A stretch of DNA of 64,000 bases from Octopus vulgaris (GCA_951406725.2 OX597817.1:83204001-83268000), one strand, 5' to 3'. Shown: positions 38,413 to 52,769, counted from the first letter of the stretch. The notes: a model not told the origin generated them from the sequence alone. Made by a program: numbers and translations.

Positions 38413-38547
38413 CTCAATCATAGAATGATATAAATAATATAAACATAGTTCATATCCCAAGTCCTTGTACTTCATATTTTCTTGTTATACACGTTTCGTG
38501 ACGTTCTGGGCCCATATATATATATATACGTATAAATGTAAGTATGT

Positions 38548-39065
38548 ACTGATGTCATCTACCTTGACTTCAGCAAAGCCTTTTACAGAGTAGGTCATAA
38601 GATCCTCCTGAAAAAAATCTATCCAATAGTGGTGTCTCTGGAAAGTTACTACAATGGATCAAGTGTTTCCTGACAAGCAGAACGCAACACGTTGTAGTAG
38701 AAGGAGTAAAATCAAGCCCAGCCCATTTCAGTTGGACCCACTATGTTGGATCCACTTCTTTTCATCATCTACATCAATGACATTAGTGACATCATCAAGC
38801 ACAGTTACATAAGAATTTTAGCAGATGATTCCAAGATCAAAAAGGTGATCAATGAAGTGGGTGATCGGACATGCGGTCAGTCAGATCTACTGGCTGTCAT
38901 TCAATAGGCATGAAAGGATATGCTGCTGAAGGAGGACAAATTTGAGTTAATCCACTTCTGAAAAGAGGATACTTGAAACTCTCATACTCCCTCCATTCTG
39001 TTGAAACTTTTATTGCATCCAACAATATCAGAGACTTGAGAGTAATTGTGGACAACAGCATGAGG
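38548..39065 (+). mobile_element. CR1/Jockey-group LINE reverse transcriptase fragment
   Basis: DVIYLDFSKAF, GKLLQWIKCFLTSRTQHVVVEG, LDPLLFIIYINDI, ILADDSKI, RDLRVIVD. Confidence 0.85.
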
Positions 39066-39261
39066 TACACTGAACAATAAGTTAAAAGTTACATGTACAT
39101 TCATAAAATTCTATTTCACAAGTTCGAGAAACAAACGAAAGCGTTAATAATAATGAAGAAATAAAAAGACTTTTTCCAAAATTCTCCGAACTTCTTTCTT
39201 AATATTCAGTTTCTCTACACAACACCTAATACTCTACACACACACATACACACACACACAC

Positions 39262-39316
<55 letters not shown>

Positions 39317-39421
39317 CAGGCGTACAATTAAATATGTACATGCATACATATATTTATATATATACATAGATACGTTTATTTTCATACATGTATATATATA
39401 CATACATATATGCATACATAT

Positions 39422-39472
<51 letters not shown>

Positions 39473-39539
39473 TACATATATAAATATAGATACATACATA
39501 CATACATTCATATATGCATATACATACATGCATATATGC

Positions 39540-39623
<84 letters not shown>

Positions 39624-39699
39624 TCACCTCTAACTTCTCCCCTTTTGGGAATTAGACTCCGCTCAAAGTTTTAGCATTTCTTACGCTTCGGGTTCAATT

Positions 39700-40250
39700 C
39701 CAATGTTTCTGTTATTTTCCGTTTTCTGGTACATGAATCTGTAGTTTAAAATTCTTTGGGGGTTGGTAATCCAAACAAGTGCAATACATCCAGGGAGATT
39801 TCATTTCTCGTGACTGCGCCTCCGTGAATCATTTTTTTTTTTTAATTTGGTTAATATGTCTTAGATTTATAATCCTCTGGCATTCTTCTGCTATTGCCTG
39901 TGGAGTTAATTTTTGGTCCTGTTCTAATTTAATTTTCTTAATATCCAGGAACGTATATCTGCATCTTTGTTTGCATTTAGCCTTTGAATAAAAATTAGGC
40001 GTGCGGGATTAATTCATTTAATTTGATTTTTTTACATATTCTTTATTAACAGGTGTTAATAGGTGACGAAATCTTCATAATCTTTTTTTGACCAAATTTT
40101 AACATTGCCAGCGAATATTGAACAGGGAACTTCTTTCACTGAAAATTTCCGATAACATGATAGTTGTTTCATTGATCAATTCTTTCTTCTCTTGAAATAT
40201 TACACCTGCCCTACACTTCATCAAAGGACAACTGAAATGTTAATCACTTT
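39700..40250 (-). mobile_element. Ty3/Gypsy gag relic
   Basis: Frameshifted peptides SEIFSERSSLFNIRWQC, YEDFVTY, FIQRLNANKDADIRSWIL, KLEQDQKLTPQAIAEECQRIINLRH. Confidence 0.55.
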
Positions 40251-42159
40251 GATCTTCTTGCGCACATTTGACGTAGACTGTAACATAAGTCAGATTATCC
40301 TCGTGTACTCTTTTCTGAAGATCTCTTTCATCTTGACCTCATTTATCTTACCATTTGAAACAATTATTATTCAGAGAATTCTACTTTTTCCACTCACTCT
40401 ATTTTTTTTCTTTTAACCTTTCTAATTCTATCCTTAATCTTTAACCTTTTTTACGTAGCAAAAATTAGGAAATCTGTCACAAGCGTCTTCCTGTCTTAAA
40501 TTATATCTTGCATTATTTGTTAAGTAACAAGTATAAATCGGGAGCGTCAACTGTTTCGTCATGCTGCTCGATTTTCCGAGTTGAAACTTGAATACGTGTA
40601 CTGTTCTCTGAGGACCCGGATGAAGTGACGGCTCGTATTGATCGGCCATATGCTTTATGATCACAGCGGATCAAGAAGTATCTCTCGGAGAGGGGAACTA
40701 ACTGGGATACTGACCGGAGGGTTGCCCGGGACGACACGAGCGAATACCGAAAAATAGCGTATGCAGCGACGCACTGCAACGGTGAAAGACCCCGCTCCTC
40801 ACCTTACCTGACATCGAACCTGAATTATTTCCACAAACAAAGTATCCTTCAACGGAGCCTTGACTTATCTCTTTCAAGGGCTCAGATTTCCAATCATGGT
40901 ACATGTCTAGGAGGCATTATGGTCGTCCATTTCCGGGATTCAGCTAATAAGCTATTTTGTTTGATATGATAAAGTTTTAACAGGATAACAGTTATTTACA
41001 ACAACTTCCCAGTGGGTGATAAGAGCCCAGACTTGCAAGCAACAGAAACATTTATTCACTTTACTGTAACTCTGTTATAACAATGCTTCGTGAAGTTCCA
41101 TCAGTAAAGTATATCTAAATATTGAAAGATGCTCCCAGCAAGCGGACTGATTCTTTGTTAATTTTTGAATATAATGTCTTACCAGTAGCATGAAAAAAGC
41201 CATCAATATGTAGGTCATATATCTCTCAAGTCTGCAGATGCAGTTATATTCAATAAACGTATAGAGAAACATAAAAGTAATTATACTCTATCTGTTCATC
41301 ACTAAGTAAGTATAGCACATACACAACATAAATACATACACGCACACAAACACACATATATATATGTATATGTGTGTATGTATGTATGTATCTAACTATC
41401 TATCTATATATCTATCTATTTATATATATATATTTCATATATATATATATATATATAAATATATATATATGTATGTATGTATGTATATATGTATGTATGT
41501 ATACATGTATACGACTAGAAGTGAACACCTATACATGTATACTCTACATATGAAACGGTCAATAGCAATCGCAAAAGTTTTGTCTCAAGAGGATATGGTG
41601 TCAATCTTGAAAAGAATATCGAGCTAGATAAAGGGATTTAATCAGGATGCACAGTGGCTGAAAGGAAAAAAAATACTATTGACATTACATCAAACAAAAG
41701 CATACAGTATGATAATAAAATTGACAGTGTGTGAGTATAAGAAAGTTCCAGAAAGATATTTGATTGTCGGTTGGTGGTATCCAAAACCACACGCCATTTC
41801 GATGGTGGCTTATTAACTAACCTCGCCGAGCAACATTTACTGATCATATAAATCTAAAAAAATTTGGTTGGTATAAGCAAAAACGATTCTGATACAGAGA
41901 AGCAAAATGAAGTCACACGCATAGCGAAGATAGCGAAGAATAACCGGCCAATCGCATTCTGGAATCCGACTTTCTCGCATGCGCGCGCGCGTGTGTGTCG
42001 GTGTTTGAGTGTTCGTGCGTGCGAGTATGTGTGTGTCTATATTTGTGCGTATACTATATGCATGTACAGATATATATATGTATATGTATATATGTATAAG
42101 TATGTATATATGTATAAGTATATATGTACGTATAAATATATATACATATACATGTATGC

Positions 42160-42203
<44 letters not shown>

Positions 42204-42362
42204 AAATATTATTGAAATTAAAATTATCCGCACCAACGCACGGTTGCAACACCATATGGTTGTACCTCCAACCGTGCTGTTTACTGCTGTGATTTTTGCT
42301 ACCAAGGTATCGGTTAAACTTTTGATTAATCTACTACAAGATTATTCATCTTTCTATTTCAC

Positions 42363-42394
<32 letters not shown>

Positions 42395-42395
42395 C

Positions 42396-42487
<92 letters not shown>

Positions 42488-42734
42488 TTGATCAATATCA
42501 GGGTAGCAAAAAATTCAATAGAAATTATTTCGCCACCAGCGGTCGAGTGAGAAAGAAAAAATAGCCAACAGACTATATAATGTACATTCAACAATAATAT
42601 TAAGGAATGGCTTAATACTCAAACCGCTAAATAGTAGTAATTCAGAAATGAAAGGAAAATTAAAAACATTTATTATTATACATATAATTGTATATATATA
42701 TATATATATAAGTACTACTTATATATATACATGC

Positions 42735-42776
<42 letters not shown>

Positions 42777-42799
42777 GTACATATATACATACATATATA

Positions 42800-42854
<55 letters not shown>

Positions 42855-43924
42855 ATCTGCAATGGTTTTTCAGAATGTGTAGGTTGGTAGTGATGAATGT
42901 GTCGGTGTTGTTCATGGTAGTATTGGTGTGAGTGAAGGGTGAATGAAGTGGGTATAGGGCAATTACAAAAGTAGAGACTCGAGAAAAAAAACCGACAAAT
43001 TAACAAATTCGCTTCAGAATTTTAATCTTTTTACTTTAAATCGTGTAATTATAAGAAAATGTAAAAAAAATTTTCATTTCCAATTGAAGAATTTTAATGG
43101 AATGCTTAAACATGCCGAGGAGATCGAGGAGTATTTGAGAATTTTAATACGTTATTTAAAGGGTTGGCCAAAATGTCCGCTGAGTTTGGCAGGCACTGAA
43201 CTTCAATCGCTCTAAGAAGTAGCTAGCTTCACTTGCTAGATGTTTGGCACTTCAATGTAATTCCACATGAATTTAGGAAGAGACGGATTGGATCACACTG
43301 TAATTGATGAATCAAAACGAATATTATCGACACTAAGTAAGCGGTAAAATGCTGCAGAAATATGTGCGTGTGATTGCTGTTACGAATCGTGCGTGCCACA
43401 ATTGGTTTCCAAGCTTTCGATTGGGAAACTTTTCGTTCCAAAATGCACTTCGTCTTGGCCGGCTATTTGATATTAAGAGCGACACCAAACTCCTTCATAC
43501 AACGAGGATGATCAATTTAAATGCCTTGGTTTTGTAATCTAAGAACAATAAATATCTAAAATAACTGATGTATAGGAGTACCCGCAGAGAAATGCCACCC
43601 AGATATGAAATACAGTGTGCAGATTCTGTAAAAAAAAATATGTAGACAAAAATAATAAAAAAATATAGTTACAGCAATATTTATATTTTAGGCGTAAAAA
43701 CTAAAATAATAAAAATATCGGCACAAATACATATACACTTGAGCTGTAAACTGTATAAACGAATAGAATTGCAGGATTTCAAAATAAAAACTATATTAAG
43801 TATCTACAGTTACATCACGGTTGAGTACGTACTTGTTTAAGTACGCATCCCAGATAAGTACGCGCAAAATCTTCAAGAATCGCAGGTTCGCAGGTTCAAG
43901 TTTATTGTACGGCAACATTCTGAG

Positions 43925-44253
43925 ACCCCCTTCGGTCATGACTTACTATGGGATTGCACCTAGAAAGTTACCCTCTCAGGCAAAAGTCCAGGCAAGGTTG
44001 TTTACCGAAGACCAGCAGTCGCCCATGCATACCAACCTCCCCTCTCCACGCCACTAGATTTATACAAAGGAAAGGCAAAGGCCGATACAGCTTGGCACCT
44101 GTGACGTCGCAACTCATTTCTACAGCTGAGTAAGCTGGAGCAACGTGAAATAAAGTGTCTTGCTCAAGAAACACAACACGCAACCCGGTCCGCGATTCGA
44201 ACTCACCACCTCACGATCGTAAGCTCGACGCTCTAACCACTGAGTCATGTGCC
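43925..44253 (-). mobile_element. tRNA-headed SINE (family C)
   Basis: Minus head GGCACATGACTCAGTGGTTAGAGCG..GGTGAGTTCGAATC (A/B boxes), core TTCTTGAGCAAGACAC; tail shared with 44782-44975. Confidence 0.75.
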
Positions 44254-44625
44254 ACCACACGGCAACATTACTCAACATCTAAATAGGTAATAAACGACCC
44301 GAGATATTTGATTTCTGGTGAAACTTGCAGGAAAGATGACAAATTTGATCTAAAACCGTGTGCATACGTGAGTCTTGCCGTGTTTGGCTGTACGCATACA
44401 TTTGCGCCTCTGATTTGCTATCGCTGTTGCTATATGCGCATCTACCGAGTAAGTACGCACAAGTGGATAGGTTCTTAATAAGGAGATTGCTGTATGTTGA
44501 CACGCAAAAACACAAACGAATAAAATATAGATACAGGTACGTATACACTTTATGCTTCAAAAATATTGAACCATTTCGAACTGTAGGCGATTATAGCCTT
44601 CACACCGGCAGGGGTTGGTGATTAA

Positions 44626-44976
44626 CTCTGCTGTACTCTTTCACCACAACTTTCTCTCACTCTTTCTTCCTGTTTCTGTTGTACCTGTATTTCAAAGGGC
44701 CAGCCTTGTCACGCTGAATCTCCTCGAGAACTACATTAAGGGTACACGTGTCTGTGGAGTGCTCAGCCACTTGCACGTTAATAAATGAGCTGCGACGTCA
44801 CTGGTGCCAAGCTGTATTGACCTTTGCCTTTCCCTTGGATAACATCGGTGGCGTGGAGAGGGGAGGCTGATATGCGTTGGCGACTTGCTGGTCTTCCATA
44901 AACAACCTTGCCCAGACTTGTACCTTGGTGGGTAACTTTCTAGGTGCAATTCCATGGTCAGTCATGACCGAAGGAG
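44626..44976 (+). mobile_element. Composite SINE fragment including the family C tail
   Basis: aaatgagctgcgacgtcactggtgccaagctgtat...ctaggtgcaattccatggtcagtcatgaccgaagg. Confidence 0.65.
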
Positions 44977-45244
44977 GTCACAATCACAAACTCTCAGGTT
45001 TGCGTCTGGGCTTCTGTCATATGTGTGAATATTTAACTGAAAAAGTTTGGAATCAACAACAAAGAGTGCTGTTGGACATTTATTTTCAACCCCTACAATT
45101 GTTTCTACGCAACGTAGTTCTGCAGCCGTGCAAGTAATTGATTATGCAACCATTTCTCTGCATTATGAAATCTAGTTGTTTCCTCAGGCGGTATGTAAAT
45201 ATTGTCTCCGATAGTTCAAATTCTCGATTTAAAATGTATCTTTT

Positions 45245-45430
45245 CTGTCTGTCATGGCTTGAAGTTAGTATATATACGACGGTCTTCCTTATGTTTCTGT
45301 CCACCAAATCCACGAACAACGATTTGATAGGCCCGAGACTGTAGTAGAAGATACATACCCAAGGTCCCACACAGTGAAACTGAAGCCTGAACAATGTAGC
45401 TAGAAAACAAACTTCTTACCACACTGCCAC
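45245..45430 (-). mobile_element. SINE family A (diverged)
   Basis: ccaccaaatccac..ggcccgagactgtagtagaaga..cttcttaccacactgccac. Confidence 0.6.
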
Positions 45431-46475
45431 GATGTAATTCGTAATTTTCATAGCTCTGAAGTTGAGAGTATTACAGGTTACAATTTTATGAAGTTTATAA
45501 TCGCTTACAGTCCGAAATGGTAAAATATTTTTGCTTAAACAGAAGCATAGAATACTAGAGATATTGATTAGAATCGAATAACCAAATATGTGTTTCGTAA
45601 AGATCCTTGGTTTACCCAAGAAATATTCAGCGATTACTTTATTAACTTTTAAAATTGATTTATATGAGGCAGTTTTTACTCTTGTAATTAAAATATTGTC
45701 ACTATTACCGCTATGACTGTTGTTACTACTTTCAGTGCTCAATAATGGAAAGTATTCTTTAATACAAGGTATATGCAACAAGATGTAGGAATTATTCTAC
45801 ATTGACAGTGGACGGTTTATACCGGAAATAGTGAAAAAAAATAAAGCAAGTTTTTTTTTTTTAAATAGAAACCGAGACAGACAGACACTTCCGGCGGCTA
45901 AATTAACTACAAGCATAAAATATTGGCAAATTTTTTAAAGCCGAAATTAATTAAATTTAATTGATCTGATTTGCAAGCTTCAGCAAATTGGTCATATTGC
46001 TATTGCAGTTCCTGAAAGTTTTAAAGCAAAATCGAAAGAGGTGGAAGATAAGAAATTCTTAATAAACACAATGTTTCTACAATTATTTATGAACATATAA
46101 TGCAGCGTAATAACGTCACCGGCTGCATTGATAAACTGGGACTCTCTCGACTTTCAGCTAAGAGAGTATAGTTTCTGTTACTTTTCAGTAACTAGTAAAT
46201 ACTAAATGACAGGTATAAGAATCCGTCACAAACTTTTGCCAAGCAACTTTTAAGCCAAGATTGATTTAAGCCGTGCTTTACATTGAATATTGTGAGGAAG
46301 GTATACGGCTGCCCTTATTTCAGGTTTACAACAGAATGGTATGTACCAAAAACTACTCAATAACATTGTGCTCAAGGTAGATGATTGACCGCTTAATCGC
46401 CAGTTGAAGTTCGTTAGGGATCACACTGCTAATTCCATAAAACAGAAGCAAATAATGATTTCCGATTTAGTCAAG

Positions 46476-46672
46476 GGGAAAAAAACATTCGCGGTGAGAT
46501 CGCATGTCGATTACGTTGATCTCAGTACTTGAGTGGTAGGTTGTTTTATCCACGTCGGAAAGATAAGAGCAAATTTGACTTCGGAAGGTTTTTGAACTCA
46601 AATCGTAAAGCGCTGAAACAGATGCTTGAATGTATTCTACAGACTCTCTAAACACTCTGCCTACTCACCAGC
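46476..46672 (-). mobile_element. SINE family B (diverged)
   Basis: gtcgattacgttgatctcagt..tttgaactca..ctgcctactcacc. Confidence 0.55.
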
Positions 46673-47769
46673 TTCTATAATAATGATAATGACAATGATA
46701 ATAATAATTCGATTTTGGTCACAAAAGCTCAAAGTAAACAAAGTGCAAAATACATACTATAGATATAGTCAGGGTGATTACATAGGACGTGTAGAAAAAG
46801 TTAAGAAGCAAGGAGAAAGAAAATTTCAACGAATATTCCCTATAGAAGATATACCTACTGACAACAAATGAAAGAAATACCATAAACCTCAATTACCCTG
46901 ATGACAAAAGGCTAATGTCTCCTCTCATTTGTGGTTTTCCGGCCTATAGGAACATGCTCAGTGTAGGCTAGTTTACAAATACCATTTCCTCTACACAAAC
47001 ACACACATTTTGGGGAATTTACTGAGGAGCAGCACTTCCTATCCGCCTTTACTTTCTTTGCAAGTAAAAATTGAAATAAAAGAAAGTATGACCGTAAAGA
47101 ATAATGTGTCTATGATCAATCCTTTCAGTGTCGCCCACACAACATCTTACGTGATTGCCATCGGACAATAAGGAAACCCTCTGACCCCATTATTTTTACT
47201 GGTACTTAATTTATCGACTCTGAAATGATGAAAGGCAAAGTGTACCCCGGTGGGACTTGAAAACAGAACGTAAAGGCAGACAAATGCTACTAACGCTTAA
47301 ACAGGTAATAAGTTATTACAAAAGTCCATTTTTACAACATTTACAGCCGTTTTCAATTGTACTCAAAGTCACTTGTTACAATACAATAAATACTAATTGA
47401 GTCAGGAAATACAGAAAATATCATTCCTCATTTCTATTGCCATTAATCTGAAATTGCCTATTGAATGAACTTGTATAATTAATATGGCTTCATCGACACA
47501 AGAAATTAAAAATCAATGTTACATTTTGTATTATTGTTATCGATTACATCAACAATATATCACATTTGAGTATCTTTATTTCCAGGATAAAGTATTATGC
47601 CTCTTCATAAAAGTATGGTGATTAAATATAATGTTACTTTACATAAAATGTACAATTTATGGGTTTACTATTATGTTTACAAACCCTCCTCACGTTTTAA
47701 AGAGTTTTGTTAAAAATTGCTATTACTACTCGTAGTTGATTTTAGTCTAGGAAAAGGTAGTAAACAAAG

Positions 47770-48135
47770 ACGCAGGAGTAGCTTGTTTACCAATCACATG
47801 GTTCCGTGTTCAGTCCCACTGCGTGGCAACTTGGGCAAGTGTCTTCTGCTATAGCCTCGGGCCGACCAAAGCCTTGTGAGTGGATTTGGTAGATGGAAAC
47901 TGAAAGAAGCACGTCGTATATATGTATATATGTGTGTGTCTGTGTTTGTCCCCCCAACATCGCTTGACAACCGATGCTGGCGTGTTTGCGTCCCCGTAAC
48001 ATTAGCGGTTCAGCAAAAGAGACCGATAGAATATGTACTAGGCTTACAAAGAATAAGCCCTGGGGTCGATTTGCTCGACTACAGGCGGTGCTCCAGCATG
48101 GCCGCAGTCAAATGACTGAAACAAGTAAAAAAGAG
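47770..48135 (+). mobile_element. Near full-length SINE family A
   Basis: caatcacatggttccgtgttcagtcccactgcgtggcaacttgggcaagtgtc...ggccgcagtcaaatgactgaaacaagtaaa. Confidence 0.85.
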
Positions 48136-49149
48136 TAAATCAGTATTATTTTCAAATCAATCGTTTATTAAAAAATGGACCTACTGGGGAACAGTATTTC
48201 CAAACCTGCAAAAGGTAGGAGTTTAGTTGTGAAAACTCCTAGTAAATGAATATTGGTGATAGATGTTTCATGAGCTGTTAACAAATATACTTCATCGAAT
48301 GCATCTCTGACCTTTGATTTCAATTTTAGTAAATGACATCTCAAAACTTAAAATTTCTACATTGTGGACTTTAAAAAAGTTTATTATCAAGTCTCACTAC
48401 TTATTGAGAATCTACCTTTACTACATAAAAATGCAACAGAAAATTGTATCAGTTAGTTTCGTAAAATACCCTTTGCACTCGAAGAATCTTGTAACTACTT
48501 TTCTAGGAATATTTGATAACATAATAATGATGTACCACAAAATATATCTATATATCTATGTATTTATAGAGATTTATCTAACACTATATATGTGGACATA
48601 TGTACTTGCATTCAATTTAATATTTTAGCAGACTTGTAAAGTTTGGACACATGATTTAAATAAGTACTGTTGGGTAGTATTTCCAATATTGAAGATGATA
48701 CTATCTTTAAGAAAATACAGATGTGTGTTTGACCAAAACATAGGAGAGGTCAGTAAGTTTTCAGAAATCTTTAACCTATTCTAAATTAGGATGAAACCAC
48801 GTATTTCATACAAAATATTTATTTTCTGAAATAAAATATATCACATGGAACACTATGTAAATGTTCAGAAAGATATAAGCTGTCAATAAGAAGGATGAGG
48901 CAATATAGGTAGCTTCAGCTACAAATAATTAGAGGTACCATGAATATATGTAAAACATTTTTGAAGTTTCGCATGTAAGAAGCGCATATGTGTTTATATA
49001 TATATATATATAACATATGTGATAGAGTAAGTAAATAGAATTAGAACAATAAATGAATAAATTAAATAGGGACGATTGAGGAAATTTAAATATAAACAAG
49101 GTAGGTTTATAGTTAATAAAAGAATGGATTGTTAGGTTATAAGATATAA

Positions 49150-50150
49150 AGTTACGAAAATGTGTATATATGCAAGTACTCACGCACTCATGTACACACA
49201 TATATGCATCCGTACATCCATCCATATACACAGACACACGCATATACTCACACATATACATACATCTACACGCAAACACAAATCCGCGCATATACGTACG
49301 GACGCATATATACACATACATACATGTACATGCGCACATTAATACGCATGTACACTCACATATATGCATGTATATACAAGTGTCTACACTTTTTACCCAT
49401 CACCTCTAAGAAGTTAACACAGATCCATGCTGGTATATTAATTCTGATTGGTTAATGAAATTTTAAATTATTTTGTTAACTGTATGGCGTTTCAAGGAAA
49501 GTATATTTGTTTCAACGGTTTTGTAAACTTTTGGTGTCTGAATGTGCGTATGTAAATAACTAACATTTATGTACGACGCATGTGTACAAGTGTACGTAAC
49601 TTTACTCACATATATATATATATATATACATACATATACGCTCACACACGCCTATACATGCACAAAAACACACATAGAGGCATATACCTACACCTACATA
49701 GACACACACATATGTGCCTAAGGACTCAGACACACGCACATATACTTATATAGATATATATACACACACGTATACGCACGTAATGTTTACGCGCATAAGT
49801 GCATATATGTATGCATACATGTATATACAGATACACATACATATATGTATGTATACACGCACACACACACATACACACATATACCCGCATATATATACAC
49901 ACATACCTGCATATACACATATATATGTATACCTGCACACTCACGTGTATGTGCTCATACCCACACATGTATACATGTACATATATACATATACAAACAT
50001 ATGTCCATACTTGTATACACACACATGTATGCATCTATTAATGCATACACCTATGTGTACATTGATATACATCTACATACATACACGTTTAAACATGTAA
50101 CTTCATATGCTCATAATTAATTATTTGCGCATGCGTATGCATACATCTAT
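49150..50150. repeat. Degenerate CA/TA low-complexity tract
   Basis: Direct inspection. Confidence 0.9.
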
Positions 50151-50297
50151 ATCAGTATAAGGAAAAAGAAAGTATTACATATTCAGTTGTATGTAAAAAT
50201 TATTATAAGTGAGGAGAGAAAGTTATTTTAGTGGAAATGAATTATAAGAATGCGAAAGGTGTGCATATAAATAGACACACTCATACACTTATATATA

Positions 50298-50855
50298 CAG
50301 GGTTATTCAAAAACAAAGAGAAGATTTCAAATATATATATTTAAAGCAAATGGTAAGAAAACAAACACATTCTACATATTTCTTGATAGGGGAAGATTTA
50401 AAGCTTATAAATGAACAAGATCAATTGAATTAAGCCTTAAATAAAATAATATTTTAATTCTGTTTTAATGTTTCATTTTGTTCATTTTATATAAAGTTTT
50501 ATAATTTTCATTTGTTTAATCCCTCAGAAAATGGCGACGCCACAACTAAAGTCTTTTTGTGTGCTGCAGTTCGAGAAATGCGAATCGATTGTGCAGGTGC
50601 AACGTGAATTTCGTCGCCATATCAATAAATATCCACCTCGTCAAAATATCTACAGATCAGTTGTTTCGAGTGTGGCAAGAAATAGACTACCATTTTTATG
50701 TTTGTCGAGCAGTACATGGTGTTCATGTGGAGTGCATACTACCTTCAAATGTACTTTAAACCTTCTCCTATCAAGAAATATGTAGAATGTGTTTCTGTCT
50801 CTTACCGTTTGTATTAAAAAATAGATTTAAAATTTGCTCTTTCTGAATAACCCTG
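50298..50855 (+). mobile_element. Internally deleted Tc1/mariner-superfamily element with ~110-bp TIRs
   Basis: TA-cagggttattca..acacattctacatatttcttgatagg / cctatcaagaaatatgtagaatgtgt..tgaataaccctg. Retains the HTH N-terminus MATPQLKSFCVLQFEKCESIVQVQREFRR. Confidence 0.8.
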
Positions 50856-50865
50856 TGTATATGTT

Positions 50866-50917
<52 letters not shown>

Positions 50918-50919
<2 letters not shown>

Positions 50920-51948
50920 AAAATAGTAAAGAGTGAAAAAACGACAGAAGGCTTAAATGTTAAAGAATATATATATTTGCGTCAATATGTCTGGAGAATA
51001 TTGGAAACATTTTTTTCCCTTCTTATAATGACATAATTTTATAATTTTTAAAGAAAGACCGGTTTCGCATTTAGCTCTTCAAATTTCTTGCGACGTAATG
51101 TTTATCTTTAATAGCGTTATCCTTGTTTTTTTGCTACGGAGAGTTCTAAATAAGGGAAGGTAGTGTGTGATTTCTTCCGGTGTAAGGGAGATAATCGCTT
51201 AAAAATTTATTTTTTTTTCCTTTTTCTCTTAGTGTGAATTTCTCTGTATTATTATGTTTGGATAGTTGAGTCTGGGTTTGTACTTTTCAATGAAGAATGT
51301 TTCCTTGTTTAGTCTAATTTGTGTTGATGATCCGAAAGCACATTGGTAAAATGGAAAGATTAAAAATTGTGGTTGTAGTTGCTTTGCGCATTTCTCAATG
51401 TGCTCACTAAAAGGTATCATTCTATATTCTGGGAATGCAATCTGTTGTCGATGCAGTGTGCATCTACGTCTGAGTGATAGTCCCGTGGACCCCACGTAGT
51501 CTTGGTTGCAGCTCGAGCATTTTATGACATAAATTATGTTTTCAGAGGCACAAGTAAAGTTAGATTTGATCTTGAATTTCTGTCCCTCTTTAAAGAAGAA
51601 TTCTGATCCTTCTAGTAGGTTAGGACATGTTGCACAGTTCGATCTACCACATTTTTTTACTTTTGCATCCGTAATTTCAGAAGATAATTTTGCCTTTGTG
51701 AGAATCTTTTTAAGTGATTTAGGCTGTTTGTAGCTTTTAATGATTTGGTGTATGTTTAGAATTTCCTTTAATTTGGGGTTTTTATGAAGTATTGGTAAAT
51801 TTTGGGTGATGATGGTGAAAGCTTCTTTGTTTCTGGGGTTGTATGTAGATATGTAAGGTAGTATTTTCGGGGAAGGTGTGTTGTTGTGTTGAACTTTTCT
51901 TAAAGTTTCTATGTTGATTTCTGTTGCACGTCTGATCCCATCCTCTAT
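50918..51948 (-). mobile_element. Second Neptune-type PLE, 3' fragment (GIY-YIG + 3' UTR) abutting (TA)n
   Basis: ORF 51229..: PYISTYNP, KKCGRSNCATC, NFTCASENIIYVIKCSSCNQDYVG, ETFFIEKYKPRLN; collinear with the C-terminus of the 4520..6874 ORF. Confidence 0.9.
51051..51089 (-). ncRNA. Minimal hammerhead motif in the PLE 3' UTR (degenerate)
   Basis: AAGAAA-TTTGAAGA-GC TAAAT GC-GAAA-CCGG-TC-TTTCTT. Confidence 0.6.
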
Positions 51949-52750
51949 GTTATTTGGCTCAGATGGGAAAAGGTACGTTCGTAGAAAAGTAGTTGAAAAA
52001 TTGTCGCCTAGTGTTAAATTCGGTGGAGGAAGTGTCATGGTTTGGGGGATGATATCTGGAGATGGTGTGGGCCCTTTGGTGCGATTACATGGAAAGGTAA
52101 ATGCAGGAGTTTATAAACAACTTGTAAAAGATCATGTCTTGCCTGTGCTAAGAAATTCAACTAAGCGACCACCCATAGTCATGCAGGACAATGCCCCATG
52201 TAACAAGGCTAAGGTGGTCATGAACTTCCTTAAGGCTGAAAAGGTTATTGTTATGGATTTGCCTGCTCAAAGCCCAGATCTCAATCCTATTGAAAATGTA
52301 TGGAATATTCTAGGAGAATGTTCGAAAGCCAGAAATCCTAAAACAACTGAACAATTACGTAATGCCCTTCAGGAAGAATGGAATAAGATCACCCAGCAAG
52401 AAATTGAAAATTTAATTTCCTCATGCAGTCAAAGATGTCAGAGTATGATTGAAGCTAAAGGGCTTCACACTAAATATTAAATAATTCCAGAATTCTCTGT
52501 CATTTTTTATTATTTTGTTATTTTTTCAACCGTTCTGATCATTTTGGCCGCCATGGGCTTTGCAGTAAATCACTAAATCATTCATAACTTTTGTATTATT
52601 CTCTCAAATTACACCAAAATCTTAGACAATAACAATTAATATTGTGTTTATTGTCTGCGAAAATTACAGAATATATAAGTACTTTGATAAAAACTTATAT
52701 CTACTTTTCTGGCGAAAACAATTCCGTTCTGAACATTTGGGCCGCAACTG
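51947..52750 (+). mobile_element. Tc1 (DD34E) transposon 3' half with right TIR
   Basis: LFGSDGKRYVRR, VKFGGGSVMVWG, MQDNAP, SPDLNPIENVW, KGLHTKY*; ends ggccgcaactg-TA. Confidence 0.9.
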
Positions 52751-52769
52751 TATATATATAAAAAAATTT

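Noticed and set aside
40930-41085. Possible LTR and primer-binding site upstream of the gag relic
   Set aside because: No second LTR in the window and no convincing tRNA-complementary PBS.
44190-44253. tRNA-like sequence
   Set aside because: No proper acceptor stem, and it continues into a SINE body; it is a SINE head.
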